From Bispira polyomma (Eukaryota): a DNA stretch of 64,000 bases. A program made the position numbers and the translations under genes. The notes under the pieces are model-generated. The model saw only the letters and a program-made list of their open reading frames with translations, was not told where the DNA came from and searched no databases. Location: assembly GCA_965649765.1 (NCBI GenBank), contig OZ287751.1, positions 97,154,001 to 97,218,000 on the forward strand, in the 5' to 3' direction. Below are positions 1 to 12,000 of the stretch, piece by piece (position 1 is the first letter of the stretch; every line of letters starts with the position of its first letter).

Positions 1-1233
1 ATCCACCTATTGTTAAATTTAACGTGTTGCATTTGTATGCTGTATAAAGATTTTTGTTTTAGATATTTTCTTTTTATTTCTTTCTGCAAGTAGTAAACGT
101 TTAATGCATAATTTTTCCTTAGACACCAAAATATATGTCTTCTTGTCACTAATAATATTAGATTCATTGGCCAAAAATGCTGGTCCATTTGTAAATATCC
201 CAGAATTTTCATAGTGTTAGTTATTGTAAAATCAATGCCAAGTTTATTTAAAATCCATTGCTTAATATTTTGCCAAAGTTCATTTACTTTCACACAGTCA
301 CAAAAGAGATGCTTAATCGTTTCAGAAAATTGATTACACAATCTACATTTACTGTCATCAGAAAGCTTTACTTTGCTCAGGTAATATTTGGTGCCTAAAA
401 TTTTGAAAAGTATTCGATACTGAAACCAGATAAGACAATTGTCATTAACGCTTTTGAAGCAGCTTTTGTATATATTGCTCCAAACCTCTTTCTGATTTGT
501 TTGATAGTTTTCCATATTTAACATGCTTTCCCATAGCAATTCACATAAGGGTTTCTCATTCAACTTATTCTCATTAAATAAATTATAGAATTCTCTACAG
601 CCTTTTTGGGATGGTAAAATCTTGCCTAAATGAAATGGGTATGTTGGTGTTTCATACAGCCAAGGACCTTCACATTTATACTTACTAAGAAACGTTTTGA
701 TGTTCATGCTAACTGTATAATAGTTCAAAATATTTACCTTCATTTTGAATTTACTGTTAATTTCGTTCAGACTCAATATTCCCCCATTTGTTTCAACTAT
801 ATCTCCAACCATATAGATTCCTCTTTTAAACCAATCTGGAAAAAAGGTGGGTGTTTTGAATATCTGTTGATTATACCAAATTCATGAACGAAGAATCTCG
901 GAGTTTGTATTAACTCTTTGTTTATCGCATAAGCGCATCCAGTCTTCGAAAATATTTTTCCAAAATTGATTCTGAATATTGTCTACAATATTAAAGCTCC
1001 ACCCACCACCAAATGTTACTGCATGACTGACATTTCCATACATCTCAACAAGAAGTTTATACCATTGAGAGTTGGTTTGGGACAGTAGCTTCCTAATCCA
1101 ACTGACTTTTAATGCCTTTTCAAAATTATATATATTAATCAATTTCATTCCTCCGTGCATATAATCAGAGCAAAATACAGATCTCTTTATCTTATCAGGT
1201 TTACCATCCCACAAAAACTTGTATAAAATATTA

Positions 1234-2472
1234 TTAATTTTCTTGAGAAAAGAATTTGACCTTTCTATTGTTGTTAGTAGATGGATACAAAATATTGGTT
1301 TTAATAATAGTTATTTTTCCAAATGGAGTTAAATACTGGCTATTCCATTTTGTTACCTCTTTTTTAATACTTTCTTGTGTCTTACCATAATTACGTTCTG
1401 AGATTTCTTGTAGAGTTTTAGAAAATTCCAGACCTAATAAACTAAAATTAGATTCACCCCAATTCAAATCTATGGACACTTTTAATTTATCCCTTGAAAT
1501 TTTTTTTCGACCAATCCAAATAATTTTAGTTTTGTCTTTATTCATTCGCAAACCAGATATGTTTCCATATATTTCTAATGTATTTAAAGCTGCTTGCAAG
1601 GAGCACTGACTTCCATCAATCATTAAAGTGGTGTCATCTGCAAACTGTGTGAGTTTAAACTCGGTTTTATTTAGCATAATACCCTTAATATGAGGATTTA
1701 CTTGTATTAACATTGATAATATTTCTGCACCTATCAAAAATAAATAGGGTGAAATAGGATCATCTTGTCGGCATCCTCTTTCAATAGGTATTTCCTTTGA
1801 TAATACTCCACATTGTAAAACAAAAGCTGTTATATTATTATTAAATAGTTCTATCCATTTGATAAGGTTTTCACTAAAACCAAAAGAGGCCAAAGCTTTA
1901 TATAAAAATTTCCAAGAAAGGGAATCAAAGACCTTCTCAAAATCAATTAACATCAAGAGGCCGGGGATATTTTTCAACTCTGCAGTGTTTAATAAATCGT
2001 ATATCAACCTTGTATTTTGACTCATAAATCTGCCTTTGATAATACCTGTTTGACAGTTTGATATTATGTGATCTAATGTTGGTTTCAGTCTTTCCGCAAT
2101 TGTGCCTGATGCTAATTTATATAAGACACTCAAAAGTGAAATTGGACCCCAATTCTTTACAAAGGCCCTATCTTTATTTGGTTTTGGCAGACATGTTATT
2201 ACACACCGACGTAGTGTAATTGACAACTGACCTTTGCTAAAACAGCAATTTATTGCACTCGTAATAAAATATTTTAATTTCCCCCAAAAGACTTTTAGGA
2301 ATTCTGCTGTAATCCCATCTATGCCAGGAGTTTTATTATGTTTCATTTTTTTCAATACAGACCCGACCTCAGCCACAGTTAATGGTAAACCCAAATCTTT
2401 ATTGCCCACAGTTTTATCAAAATTCAAACTACTTTTGAAAAGATTTACATAATATTCTCTTATGTGAATCAT
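1234..2472 (-). pseudogene. LINE ORF2 reverse transcriptase domain (Tx1/L1)
   Basis: 412-aa ORF with RT subdomains, including QFADD. Confidence 0.92.
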
Positions 2473-2618
2473 TGTTCGAGTAAAATTGTTTTATAGTCTT
2501 GTCAATAAAATTTTTTTTTCAAGATTGCAGAAATATTTAGAAGGTTTTTCTCCCTCATGAAGCCATTGTATCCGAGCTCTAACTAATTGTCCTTTTATTT
2601 TCGTCTTTCTGATTGTCT

Positions 2619-3707
2619 CTAACCAGCTTTTTTATCAAGTAGGAGTTGAGCATTAGTTTCTTGCAGAGCATCGCTAGATTCTAAAGTCTCAATGTCTGTT
2701 ATCAAATTCTTTTCATTTGTAATATTCTTTTTCTTCTCAAAAGAAGCAAATTTTATTGTCTCCCCTCTTATTCTGAGGAATAATGTCTCTATAAAAGTAT
2801 CAATGTCAATAGTGAAGACAATATTTGAATAGTTTTCTTTCAGGAAGTCTAGATTATAAATAGGGAGAGCATATTTTTCTTTCTCTTCCTCAATTATGTT
2901 ATTGATTAATTTTATATAATCAGGGTGTTCCAATAGATTGTTGTTGAATTTCCAGATTCCCTTATCTAATGTAAACTTATTAAGCATAAGTTCCAATTCT
3001 ATAATGGAATGATCAGATCTGTAGCTTAATTTTATGTCACATTTGTTTGTTATATCTAAAATACTTGATGACCCTAAAAAGAAATCTAGCCTTGCTTGTT
3101 TAACTGGATTTCTTTTTCTCCAGGTATAACGTTTTCTGTCTGGATGAAATTGCCTATATATGTCACATAGACCAACCTCGCTGATCATATTCAAAACTGA
3201 GAGCCTTGCATTTGGATTATTTATGTTTTTATAATTATGCGTGTTCAAATCTGGGTTTAAGACTAAGTTAAAGTCACCACATATTATACAATAGTCTGTA
3301 TTTTCATTTTGTAAATCTGTATGTAGTTTGTCAAAGAAATCTGGGCTATCATTATTGGGACCGTATAAAGTGATCAGATTTATTGTCATACAGCTTAATT
3401 TCAATAAGAGATTTAAAAGGTTTCCATCTTTGTCCTTGCTATTGGAGAGTACCTCATATTCAAAGTTATTATTTAGGAGAATTGCTACACCACGAGAATT
3501 TGTCCTGCTGCCATTTAAATAGATTTCAATATTCCACAACGCTTTAATAGCTGCAATATCATTATCCGTCAAATGTGTGTCTTGCAGACAAACAATGTTG
3601 GCATTTGTTTCTTTGAAATATGATACCACATTTAACCGTTTCTCGGGGCTTCTTAAACCTTGACAGTTTGCAGATAACACCTTAATGCTATTTCCTATGT
3701 TTGCCAT
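2619..3707 (-). pseudogene. LINE ORF2 apurinic-like endonuclease domain (Tx1/L1)
   Basis: 362-aa ORF carrying the canonical APE catalytic motifs; ends prematurely before the RT domain. Confidence 0.9.
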
Positions 3708-4312
3708 ATAGCCTTGCTAAAGCACCCCTTACAAGGTAGCTCAAAATTAATTCAAAGAGTTTACATAGAAACACAATGTTTGATCTGAGGCTAAAAATTA
3801 AGTAATTTAAAATAAGACTTCCAGGGTTTTTCAACATCAAAACAAAGCAGATATATGTATATAAATTCACAACTCTAGGCATAACAGCAACAGTGAAAAA
3901 ATGTTCAGTTAGTACAGAGAACATGATATGATTGTGAAATCTACACAAAGAATATGTACAAACAGGTATGTTAAAACCCAAACAGAATACCATGATATCC
4001 TGCATGTGTAAGCTTATTAGCAAATCTACCTGAAAATTTTAACTGGTATGTGTGTCATAAAACAGTGGTTAACATCAGCTGCGATAATTTAATATTTACA
4101 CTTATATGTTATTAATCAAGAAGTGTTTATTCAAGAAATAGAATTTTATTAAAGAAGCACTGTTAGCAAAATATGTGCCTGGTACCTGATACTCTACTCT
4201 CTAGTATGTTGAGCTCTTTAATAAGGGCAAGGTAACTTGCATCTAACTTTGGAACCATTCTTTGAATCAAGAGATTCTTTGTTACATATTGTTTACTATA
4301 GTTTAATGACCC

Positions 4313-6480
4313 CAATCTAATCTAATCTAGTCACACTTTTATAGCGCTTAATTTTTGCACAACAAATCCAAAACATTAATCAAAAATCAAAAAAAGTGGG
4401 CGGATGGAAGTCATAACCAGGAATAATAATATATCAATCTTTTTTAGCACTTATTTTCGTTGTAACCTTTGACCTGTGTACTTTGGACTCATATTTTGGA
4501 ACAAAAAGGAATCTATTTTTGGGAGCGCCTCTCCTGCTATTGACATTGCACTTGTAGTAACTCAAGTGTGGTTCAAAGTATTTAGGCAAACCTGAATCAC
4601 AAAACTTATATACTATTGTAGCAGTTTTAAAAACACACCGATACCTAACAGGGAGCCAATAGAGTGACTTCAGAAAGAGGAAGACCACCGTAAATGGTTG
4701 CAACGGCTAAGGTGGAAAAGCCTGTTCAAAAAGGTAGGCCTTCAGCTTACTCCTGAAAGAGGAAAAAGTTTGAACCAGGCGAACATGATCAGGTAGGCTG
4801 TTCCAAATGAGGGGGTCATCATGAGCTAGGCAGTGATTGAACTGAACTTTGGATTTGTGGATGCGAGGGTCGAAAGTGGGAAGGTTAAGATTTAATTTAA
4901 CCATGTTGGGTCGGATAAGATATTGCCAATTTTGACCGATTAGAATCTATCAGACAAATATGCCATGAACCACTTAAGTGCCATACTGCTGATACCAAAA
5001 CAAGATGATAGGCACTCAAGAAGAACTTTGTGATCAATAGTATCAAAGGCTGCTGACAGATCCAGCATTACTAAGGCAGTAGGCATACCTTTGGATAAAG
5101 ATGTATGAACATCATTTTTGATGCAGAGTAGTGCAGCCTCAGTAGAATGACTACTTTTTTATACTGACTGATACTTATTGGACAGATTGCTGACGTCAAC
5201 TTGTTGTTTAATCTGTAAGGCAACCGCGCGTTCTACCAACTTAGAGATATAGCAAAGGCCTGAGACAGGATGGTAATTTTCAAGTCAGCCTTTGGAATAA
5301 AAGGTTTTTTTTATTAAAGGAGTGACAATGGCCTTTTTAAAATCATTTTGAAAGATGCCATTTACCAATGAGAGGTTGATAAGTTTTGTGATTAAGGGCA
5401 ATAAAATGTCAATACATTCCTTAACAAGGAATGTGGGCCACGGATCTAACAAGCAGGATTTTAGGGGTGATGCCAGTATAATTTTCATCAACAGTTACTG
5501 TGGAGAAACAGTTGAAGACGGTTGAAGACGTGTTGTTGCACCGGGTGATCCATTGGCGTAGTCTTGATCTATTTGCAGTAGTATTGTTTCGGTGCCATGT
5601 TCGTTCAGCTTGTCTGCGCAGCATCTTCATTTTACGATAATTACTGGTGATCCACTCAGGTGCAGGCTTCTTCAATGTCTTTTATTTACATGGCGCATGG
5701 CGTTCTGTAAGAGACTGCAGGTCAGCGCAGTACTGTGTGTATAGGTCAGCGGCATTATCAGCAGGAGACTCGACAAAGGCCCTGTCTGCGAACTCTCGTC
5801 TAAGGTCAGACATATTGATATTTTGAAATCGCCGAAAAGTGATTTGTGTGACATCAAAAGATGGCAGGGAGGGAGCATCAATGATCACTGATGCAACCAA
5901 TGCTTTTTATGTTTCTGATACTATTGAAATCAGTCGGAGTTAGCAGGCAGTCTAGTGTATGCCCATGAATTTGGGTAGGGAAGTTTATGTGTTGGATGAG
6001 ATTGCAAAATTCCAGAACTATGGAAAACCGATTACTTTTTCTAGATGGAGTGTCTATGTGGATAATAAAATCCCTACAGAATACAGTAGGAGAGGGTAAG
6101 GAGCAAGTAAACCCAACAAAAGACATGAATTCTTCGAAAAATGTAGTGAGATTTGAGTCAGGAGGCCGATAAACTGTTGCAAAATTTAAACAGTGTTTTT
6201 TCCAGTGAGCAGAGACAAGGATGAGTTTGAAACATGTAAAACTTGGTGTAGCAACTAATTGACATTCATAGTTTTTCTTAATAAAAAAAATCCCACCCCC
6301 ACCCTGTTTACCTACACGAGGGGTATGGAATAGTTAAAAGTCAGCTGGGGTAAGTTCAGAGAGGAATGATGGAGTATCAGAACTTCTAATGTGTATTTCT
6401 GTGATGCCCAAAATAACTATGGAGGATGAGTCGATCAAATCGGCTATGACAGGGCCTTTATTCTGCAATGAGTGGCCATT
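4313..6480 (-). mobile_element. L2-clade LINE with internal deletions; same family as 14412..16476
   Basis: Near-identical in reverse complement to the 14412-16476 copy: KSCLLDPWPTFLVKEC, AFPP stop, 3'UTR and (TAGAT)n tail at about 4313-4330. APE remnants at 5880-6480 (GITEIHI, HGHTLD, ISDH). Confidence 0.92.
4424..4677 (-). mobile_element. Fragment of a different L2 family inserted in the 3'UTR of the L2 above
   Basis: Encodes LKSLYWLPVRYRCVFKTATIVYKF. Flanked by AGGAA direct repeats at 4419-4423 and 4678-4682. Removing it restores the 3'UTR seen at about 16350-16380. Confidence 0.75.
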
Positions 6481-6637
6481 CGGTTGCCATATATTTATAT
6501 AGTAGAAAATCCAGTAATATTGCAACACATTGGTGCCATATTGTTGTGTGTATAGATCTCTTTATATATATATACATATATATATGCATACATTTACGTA
6601 TATATAATAAACACATACAGACTAAATATATCAACGT

Positions 6638-6880
6638 TAGCTCAAACAAACAGGTTTATCACAAAGAATGAAATCATTTTTTTATAATAAACTTTGCATC
6701 CCACGTGAGCCAGGCTCCACTCATAGGATCGACAAACATTTCGAGATACACATATCAAAGTCAGCTCAAACAAACAGGTTTATCACAAAGGATGGAATGA
6801 TTTATAAAAAAAATAAATATACTTGGCATCCCATGTGTGCCAGGCCCCAGTCATAGGATCCACAAACATCTCGAGATAGA
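6638..6880. repeat. Diverged ~120-bp tandem duplication of the GT32 3' end
   Basis: About 6638-6750 matches about 6763-6880; both start agctcaaacaaacaggtttatcacaaag. Confidence 0.8.
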
Positions 6881-6981
6881 ACTTCAAGTGGAGTACAAGC
6901 ACGCCACTCACGGGGTCATCTCCTTCTGAAACTTTGTCCTGTTTAGTGGCCAAAAAGGTATAGTACATGTTGCCAAGATAC
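6783..6981 (-). CDS. GT32 glycosyltransferase, coding exon 2
   Basis: Acceptor TTTCAG| at 6982. The junction rebuilds R-Y-L-G-N-M in frame with ORF 6783..6968, which supplies the family-like GAWHTWD motif. Spliced CDS is 894 nt (297 aa); intron 6982..7423. Confidence 0.8.
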
Positions 6982-7423
6982 CTGAAACATAAGAAAGTTT
7001 ATACTATCCACAAACAAATATATTTAAAGCATTGTTATATTTTATAGAAATTTCACACCATGTTTTTGAAATTATTATTATTTTTAAAAAGCTACAATAT
7101 TCCTAACTTAAAGAATAATAGGCGAGTTTGTCCTGTATTCACTGTCCAACCAGAGAATAAGTCCAAATCCTAATTTCCAAAGTCCCAGCAAGTTTTCCAA
7201 ATGGTTATTTTTTACTTGATATTCATACTTTGTCGTCTATGATCTGGTTTAATGCTTGGTGAAGTTTTAAAAAGCTACCATATTCCTAACCTGAAGTACA
7301 ATAGGTGAGTTTGTTTTCCTTCTGTAAGTTATGTATGGCGGGATGGACGGATGAAGCAAAAGCATGCCCAACCAGTAGCTGGAGTAAATTCGGGACATGG
7401 GCATAAAAATGTAAAAAACATAC

Positions 7424-8118
7424 CTGGGTCCGGTACTGAACATGATGGTGAGGTAAGGGAAAATAGAATCTAACTTTGACTCTTCTAGGTGATGGATGAC
7501 ATCGTAGAAGAACTCATGTCTGGCTTGCGCAATCATTAAGCTGTTTAGTAAATCATCCTGATACTGTGTGACCCTTAGTACAACACGGGCCGTGTTGGGG
7601 AAGGATCGGTACAGCATAGGAATTGGAATTTTGCATGTGATGTCCATATCAACGTACATGCCTCCGTAATGGTAGAGTAGGAAGTAGCGGCCTGCGTCCA
7701 GTTTTTCGATGCCATATTTGTAGGAGTCAAAAGTGGACAGAAACCAGCTATAATGATGGGCAAGGAAGACGCGTAGCGTAGTGATGTTCCATAGCATGTG
7801 AGTGAATCCTGGACTATTATCCATGCAAGACTGGCGGGCAAGCTTCCATTCTGGTCGCATGGGTTTGCCGTCCAGCGATTCAAACTCGTGATGCAAGATC
7901 TTTGGGAAGCCATTGATGTGAGTCTGGTTGCTGCTGCTAGCTACAGCTCTTGATAAAATCACATTCAACTGTTCATCCTCATCATACACATAAAACTTGA
8001 TGCCAATTGACTGATAAGGAGATTTCGCAGGGATGATGTACAGTGCAAATAGAACCAATGTTAATCCCCACAACAGAAGACACTGGATACAAATCCTGCA
8101 TTTTCTATAATCAGACAT
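7424..8118 (-). CDS. Glycosyltransferase family 32 (DXD sugar-binding; SUR1/CSH1 MIPC-synthase-like), coding exon 1
   Basis: ATG at 8118, N-terminal TM helix (CLLLWGLTLVLFALYII), FPKILHH, DAGRYFLLYHYGGMYVDMDI (DXD motif), FSTGP. Donor AG|GTATGT at 7424/7423 (phase 2). Confidence 0.88.
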
Positions 8119-8924
8119 GATGCTGTTGACTGCTACTATTAGTAGTCTACTATCCAAACACACATGTCAAACTGGTGTCTGAGCTAGACATTAACTCACA
8201 TACCCAACTCGTATCTGAGCTCCACATTAACCTAAATATAGACACAGCCCTATTGGTGAACTCATAATAACATGTGTTTGTGTAGTATTTATATAACAGA
8301 CACCACATACCTTCCTACTACTTACACATCAGATACGTTTGTTATTGATTCCACATAGACAACACAATATGTAAAGTGGGATGATGCCACATTTGAATAA
8401 AAGGGGGTGAACAAGTATACACACCAATACACAAGCACATACATTTAAGATAACATGTGCGTCAGTTGTTAGCCACAGCAACTGAACCGTAGTTAATTAG
8501 TTGAACACACTAAACAGTGATCTTAAAGGCCTGTGATTTTGTACACACACCTAATTTACACAGACTTATACATTTTCATAATTCAAAACAAATCACGCAG
8601 GGCTTATATAAGGTATTAGATTCTTTTTTCAAACATTTTAATGTATTTTTGTTGACTGACAAAACGATATGATGTAAAGTATGTATTGGAAATATATTAT
8701 TTGGCACAACTTATACAACACACTATATCTGTAATTTTATTATGATATTTTCAGAGAATTGAACTTGTAATTTAAAAATTGCTGTGTAGAATTGTTTTAT
8801 CCTAGCTTGTTATATTAAAACTTCATTGAAAAAAAAAATTGAAATGAATCCACTGAAGATAGAATTAGCAGTGTTTTAGAATAAACCCTGTGTAAACCCA
8901 ACATCATTTATATGCATATACAGG

Positions 8925-9155
8925 AAGGAATGGAAAATTCGCCACTCTATCTGAAATTTGCAACCAAGAAAAGTATTTTATTTTATGCTAGAATTGTGGC
9001 TAATATTTTCTGAAATATGACATTATGATATTTGATTATGACTATTCTGCCTTACATTTTGCCTAAATTCCAGTTATTTTTTGCCAGTTTTATTCATTTG
9101 GCCTAAAGTTTTAGTGGTGGCAAATTCAGATAGAGTGGTGAATTTTACATTATTT
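8925..9155. mobile_element. Putative MITE with ~35-bp inverted repeats
   Basis: aaaattcgccactctatctgaaatttgcaacca (about 8934-8966) is the near reverse complement of tggtggcaaattcagatagagtggtgaatttt (about 9115-9146). Confidence 0.6.
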
Positions 9156-11519
9156 ACTCTATTGGACGGGAGACTGAAGACTTTCTGCTAAAACATTGAG
9201 CCTCCTGGAAAGGCTAATAACCCACTCAACGCCCATCAGTTCTTGCTACAAGTTGGTTAGTGATGCGATTTGTCTCTTCCACATGAGTGCATACATACAG
9301 CGTATTCTAGATTTTTTTTTCAGTTAAATCAGTTTATTTACCCTTTTTGTACAGTATTTAATTTCACTGACTACCGGGCAGGCAAGAGTGTAAACCTCCG
9401 ATCGGTGTCTCACAGTATGTTTCATACACAGTATCAATACATAAATACATTAAATTGTTAATTTTGTGTTCATATAAGTTGATATAACTGAAAAAATTAC
9501 ACAAAAGACTCAAGACACAACAATACAACACTACAAAATACTTTGTATATATTCAACTACCTCATTAAATTTTTTATATTTTTCTCATTTCTGCATGCGA
9601 CACACAAGACCAAACAAATAATATACACAAACAATAAACACAACACAGTATGCTGATAATTTTATCAAATAACTACTGAACGCATTGTATAGGTAGTTTT
9701 CTATAGTTAATAAACTTAGTGGAAAAGGTGTGCATCATTTAATGTAGTACTCGTCTCCAAGTCCCAGGTTACAGCCTAGATGCCACAATAAGGTAAAGTA
9801 CATGCAGAAGAATAATGCTTTCGTGGATAAAATACATGAATGGCCTAACAATGATAGGGGTGACGTGTTTGACTATAATGTACACATATGTAGTATGGAT
9901 CACACAGAATGTTGTAGTCGTAATGAAAGGAATCTCAATGTCATCAGGTTAGATGATACAAATATAAATGCATTCATTTGTGCTGCATATTTTCATTTTA
10001 ATAATATTGTCTACATGTAAAACACATTAACTGATGATGGTGAAATAGTTTACATGTTTTGTAAATGGTTCATATATGCACTTGACAAATATGTGGCTGG
10101 TGTTGATATAGGCTTGTGGCATGTGGCTACTCACCACAACATAATATAACTCATTGTTCAGAGAGTTTGTTTCGTTTGTGCATTTGTAGGTTCTGGAACA
10201 CTTTTTCCTTTGTTTAAATGGCATAAAAATGGCTTGAATATAAGAAAAGTAATACTGTTTGTCAAGTCACCTAATAATGCCTCCTTGTCTCCTAGGCTCA
10301 AAGGAGTTTTGTCTAAAACAATGTAGGGAAAATTAATATCAGCCTGTCAATGTCTTACCAATTCTGAAATATTTATACCCTTATTTTTATGTGCATTTTT
10401 GGGGGTGTTTAGATTGGCCTCATTGTTAGCTTCAGCAGTTAAAGATTTTGACAAAACTCACTTTTCGACCCAAGATGATGTAATATATGTGGCGTTCACC
10501 AGGAGGATAGCGGATTAGCAGGGATTTTTCATTCAGCACTCCCCAATTTATCAAAAAGTAATGTGTTTTTTTGTTTTGTTTTTGTGCTAATATACATTCG
10601 ATTTGTGGGGGCGGAGGGGGGATGGGCTCATTTGGTTTTTAAATTTTTTTATTATTATTTTATCTTCTGTCATTAAGTTGGTATGTCTGGGCCAAGTCGG
10701 CCGACGTCTGTTTGGCCAACAGATTTTATCTGTCAGGGAGGGAAAAAATCGGGAGGACTGACCTATTTTGGAACCAAAAATGGCTACAAAACCACTGTCA
10801 TAGGTATAGTTTTCATCCAATAAATAATGAATATTCCTCGAATGTTAAAGTTGAAAATGGCATCAGAAGGCTCATTTTATTGTGATTACTGTGCTGTTTT
10901 TCCGTTAAGAAACGGCTCAAATATTTAAGTTTATAGAAGGGTACCCCATTTAAGTTCCCCTTCTACAGTGAATAATACGTCACAGTGATGTCATAATGAC
11001 GTCAGGTTTGTAGCTACGTCGCAGCTTACACACCAGGAAGTAAAAATGGATACCCTTTTTAACTATATATATCTCAGTCGTTTCTAAATGAATTTTTGTG
11101 AAAAAAGAAGCACATTACCATTTTCACCCTGTACATCCGACGAATTTGAGTAGATTTCTGATGAAAGGAAGCGCCACATCGGCCGAAGTTGGATTGGATC
11201 GGGCACCTTCAAATCGGCAGACGTCGGAATGTGCTAAAAGGAAGTGCAGGCTTAGTTGTGTGTTTGTGGGTGTTGTTGTCTTTGTGTTGTATCTTCTTGA
11301 GATAGTTGCCAATGGTTGTGTGGTCTCGGCTGTGTTTGTAGATCTCATTCATGGTGGTTGCTACTATTTCGGTTGTGGCTTTAAGGCAGCACTCAGACTG
11401 GGTGAGGTCCTGGAGGCTGTGAATGATGGCAGCTGTTAGTGCTAAGGTGAGTTTGAGTATGTATGTATGTAGGAATATTTCAATATTTCTATAGCGCAAA
11501 AACATGAAACACCATGCTC

Positions 11520-12000
11520 TATGCACTTTACAATTTAGTAATTAAAGGTTAAGTATGAAATATAAAACATATAAGTTATAAGAGTCTGACGTAGTGCAAT
11601 AAAAAACATCTTGTAGGATTTTCTGAATAGATGAGTATTGAGTTCATTTTTAAAATCTTTTGGTGACTCTTTTTGTCTGATGTAAAGTGGAAGTTTGTTC
11701 CATTCATAGGCTCCCACTACTGAGAAACTTCTTCTACCCCATGTTTCATTGTTCCATTTTGGTATTTTTAACAGGCCATTTCCACTGGATCGAGTGGTTC
11801 TAGATTTTTCGTCGTAAGAAAGCAGGTTGTTGATATATTGTGGTGCTTGACAATAAGAAGCATTAAACACATTGAATACCAGACTGGAAGTAATCCTCTT
11901 CCTGATTGGCAACCAGTGCAGCTCTTTCAGAATTGACAAAGTATGTGTTGTATTGCGACAATGGGTGATCAATCTAGTAGCTGCATTTTAAAGTTTTGTT
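11520..12000 (-). mobile_element. L2/CR1-group LINE 3' fragment
   Basis: LKELHWLPIRKRI...RRSFSVVGAYEWNKLP...NTHLF, a typical L2 ORF2 C-terminus. Confidence 0.85.

Larger units (their letters stand above)
1..3707 (-). mobile_element. Tx1/L1-clade non-LTR retrotransposon ORF2 (APE endonuclease, reverse transcriptase, C-terminal CCHC zinc finger), disrupted
   Basis: APE motifs in 2619..3707 (SANCQGL, CLQDTH, YGPN, GDFN, ARLDFF, SDH). RT motifs in 1234..2472 (KTPGIDG, PISLL, IDFEKVFDS, GCRQDDPISPYLF, QFADDT). LWDGKPDKIKR/GGM in 882..1214. The minus strand near 290-360 reads CRLC...ETIKHLFCDC. Stops and frameshifts separate the segments. Confidence 0.95.

Noticed and set aside
3688-4300. Tx1 ORF1 upstream of ORF2
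   Set aside because: The 111-aa ORF has no ORF1 features; the region appears non-coding and is cut by the L2 insertion.
7267-7423. C-terminal part of the 298-aa ORF as real protein
   Set aside because: It is read-through into the intron after the GTATGT donor; family motifs continue in exon 6783-6981.
10240-11200. DNA-transposon remnant
   Set aside because: Composition is suggestive, but no matching TIR pair, TSD or transposase motif was found.
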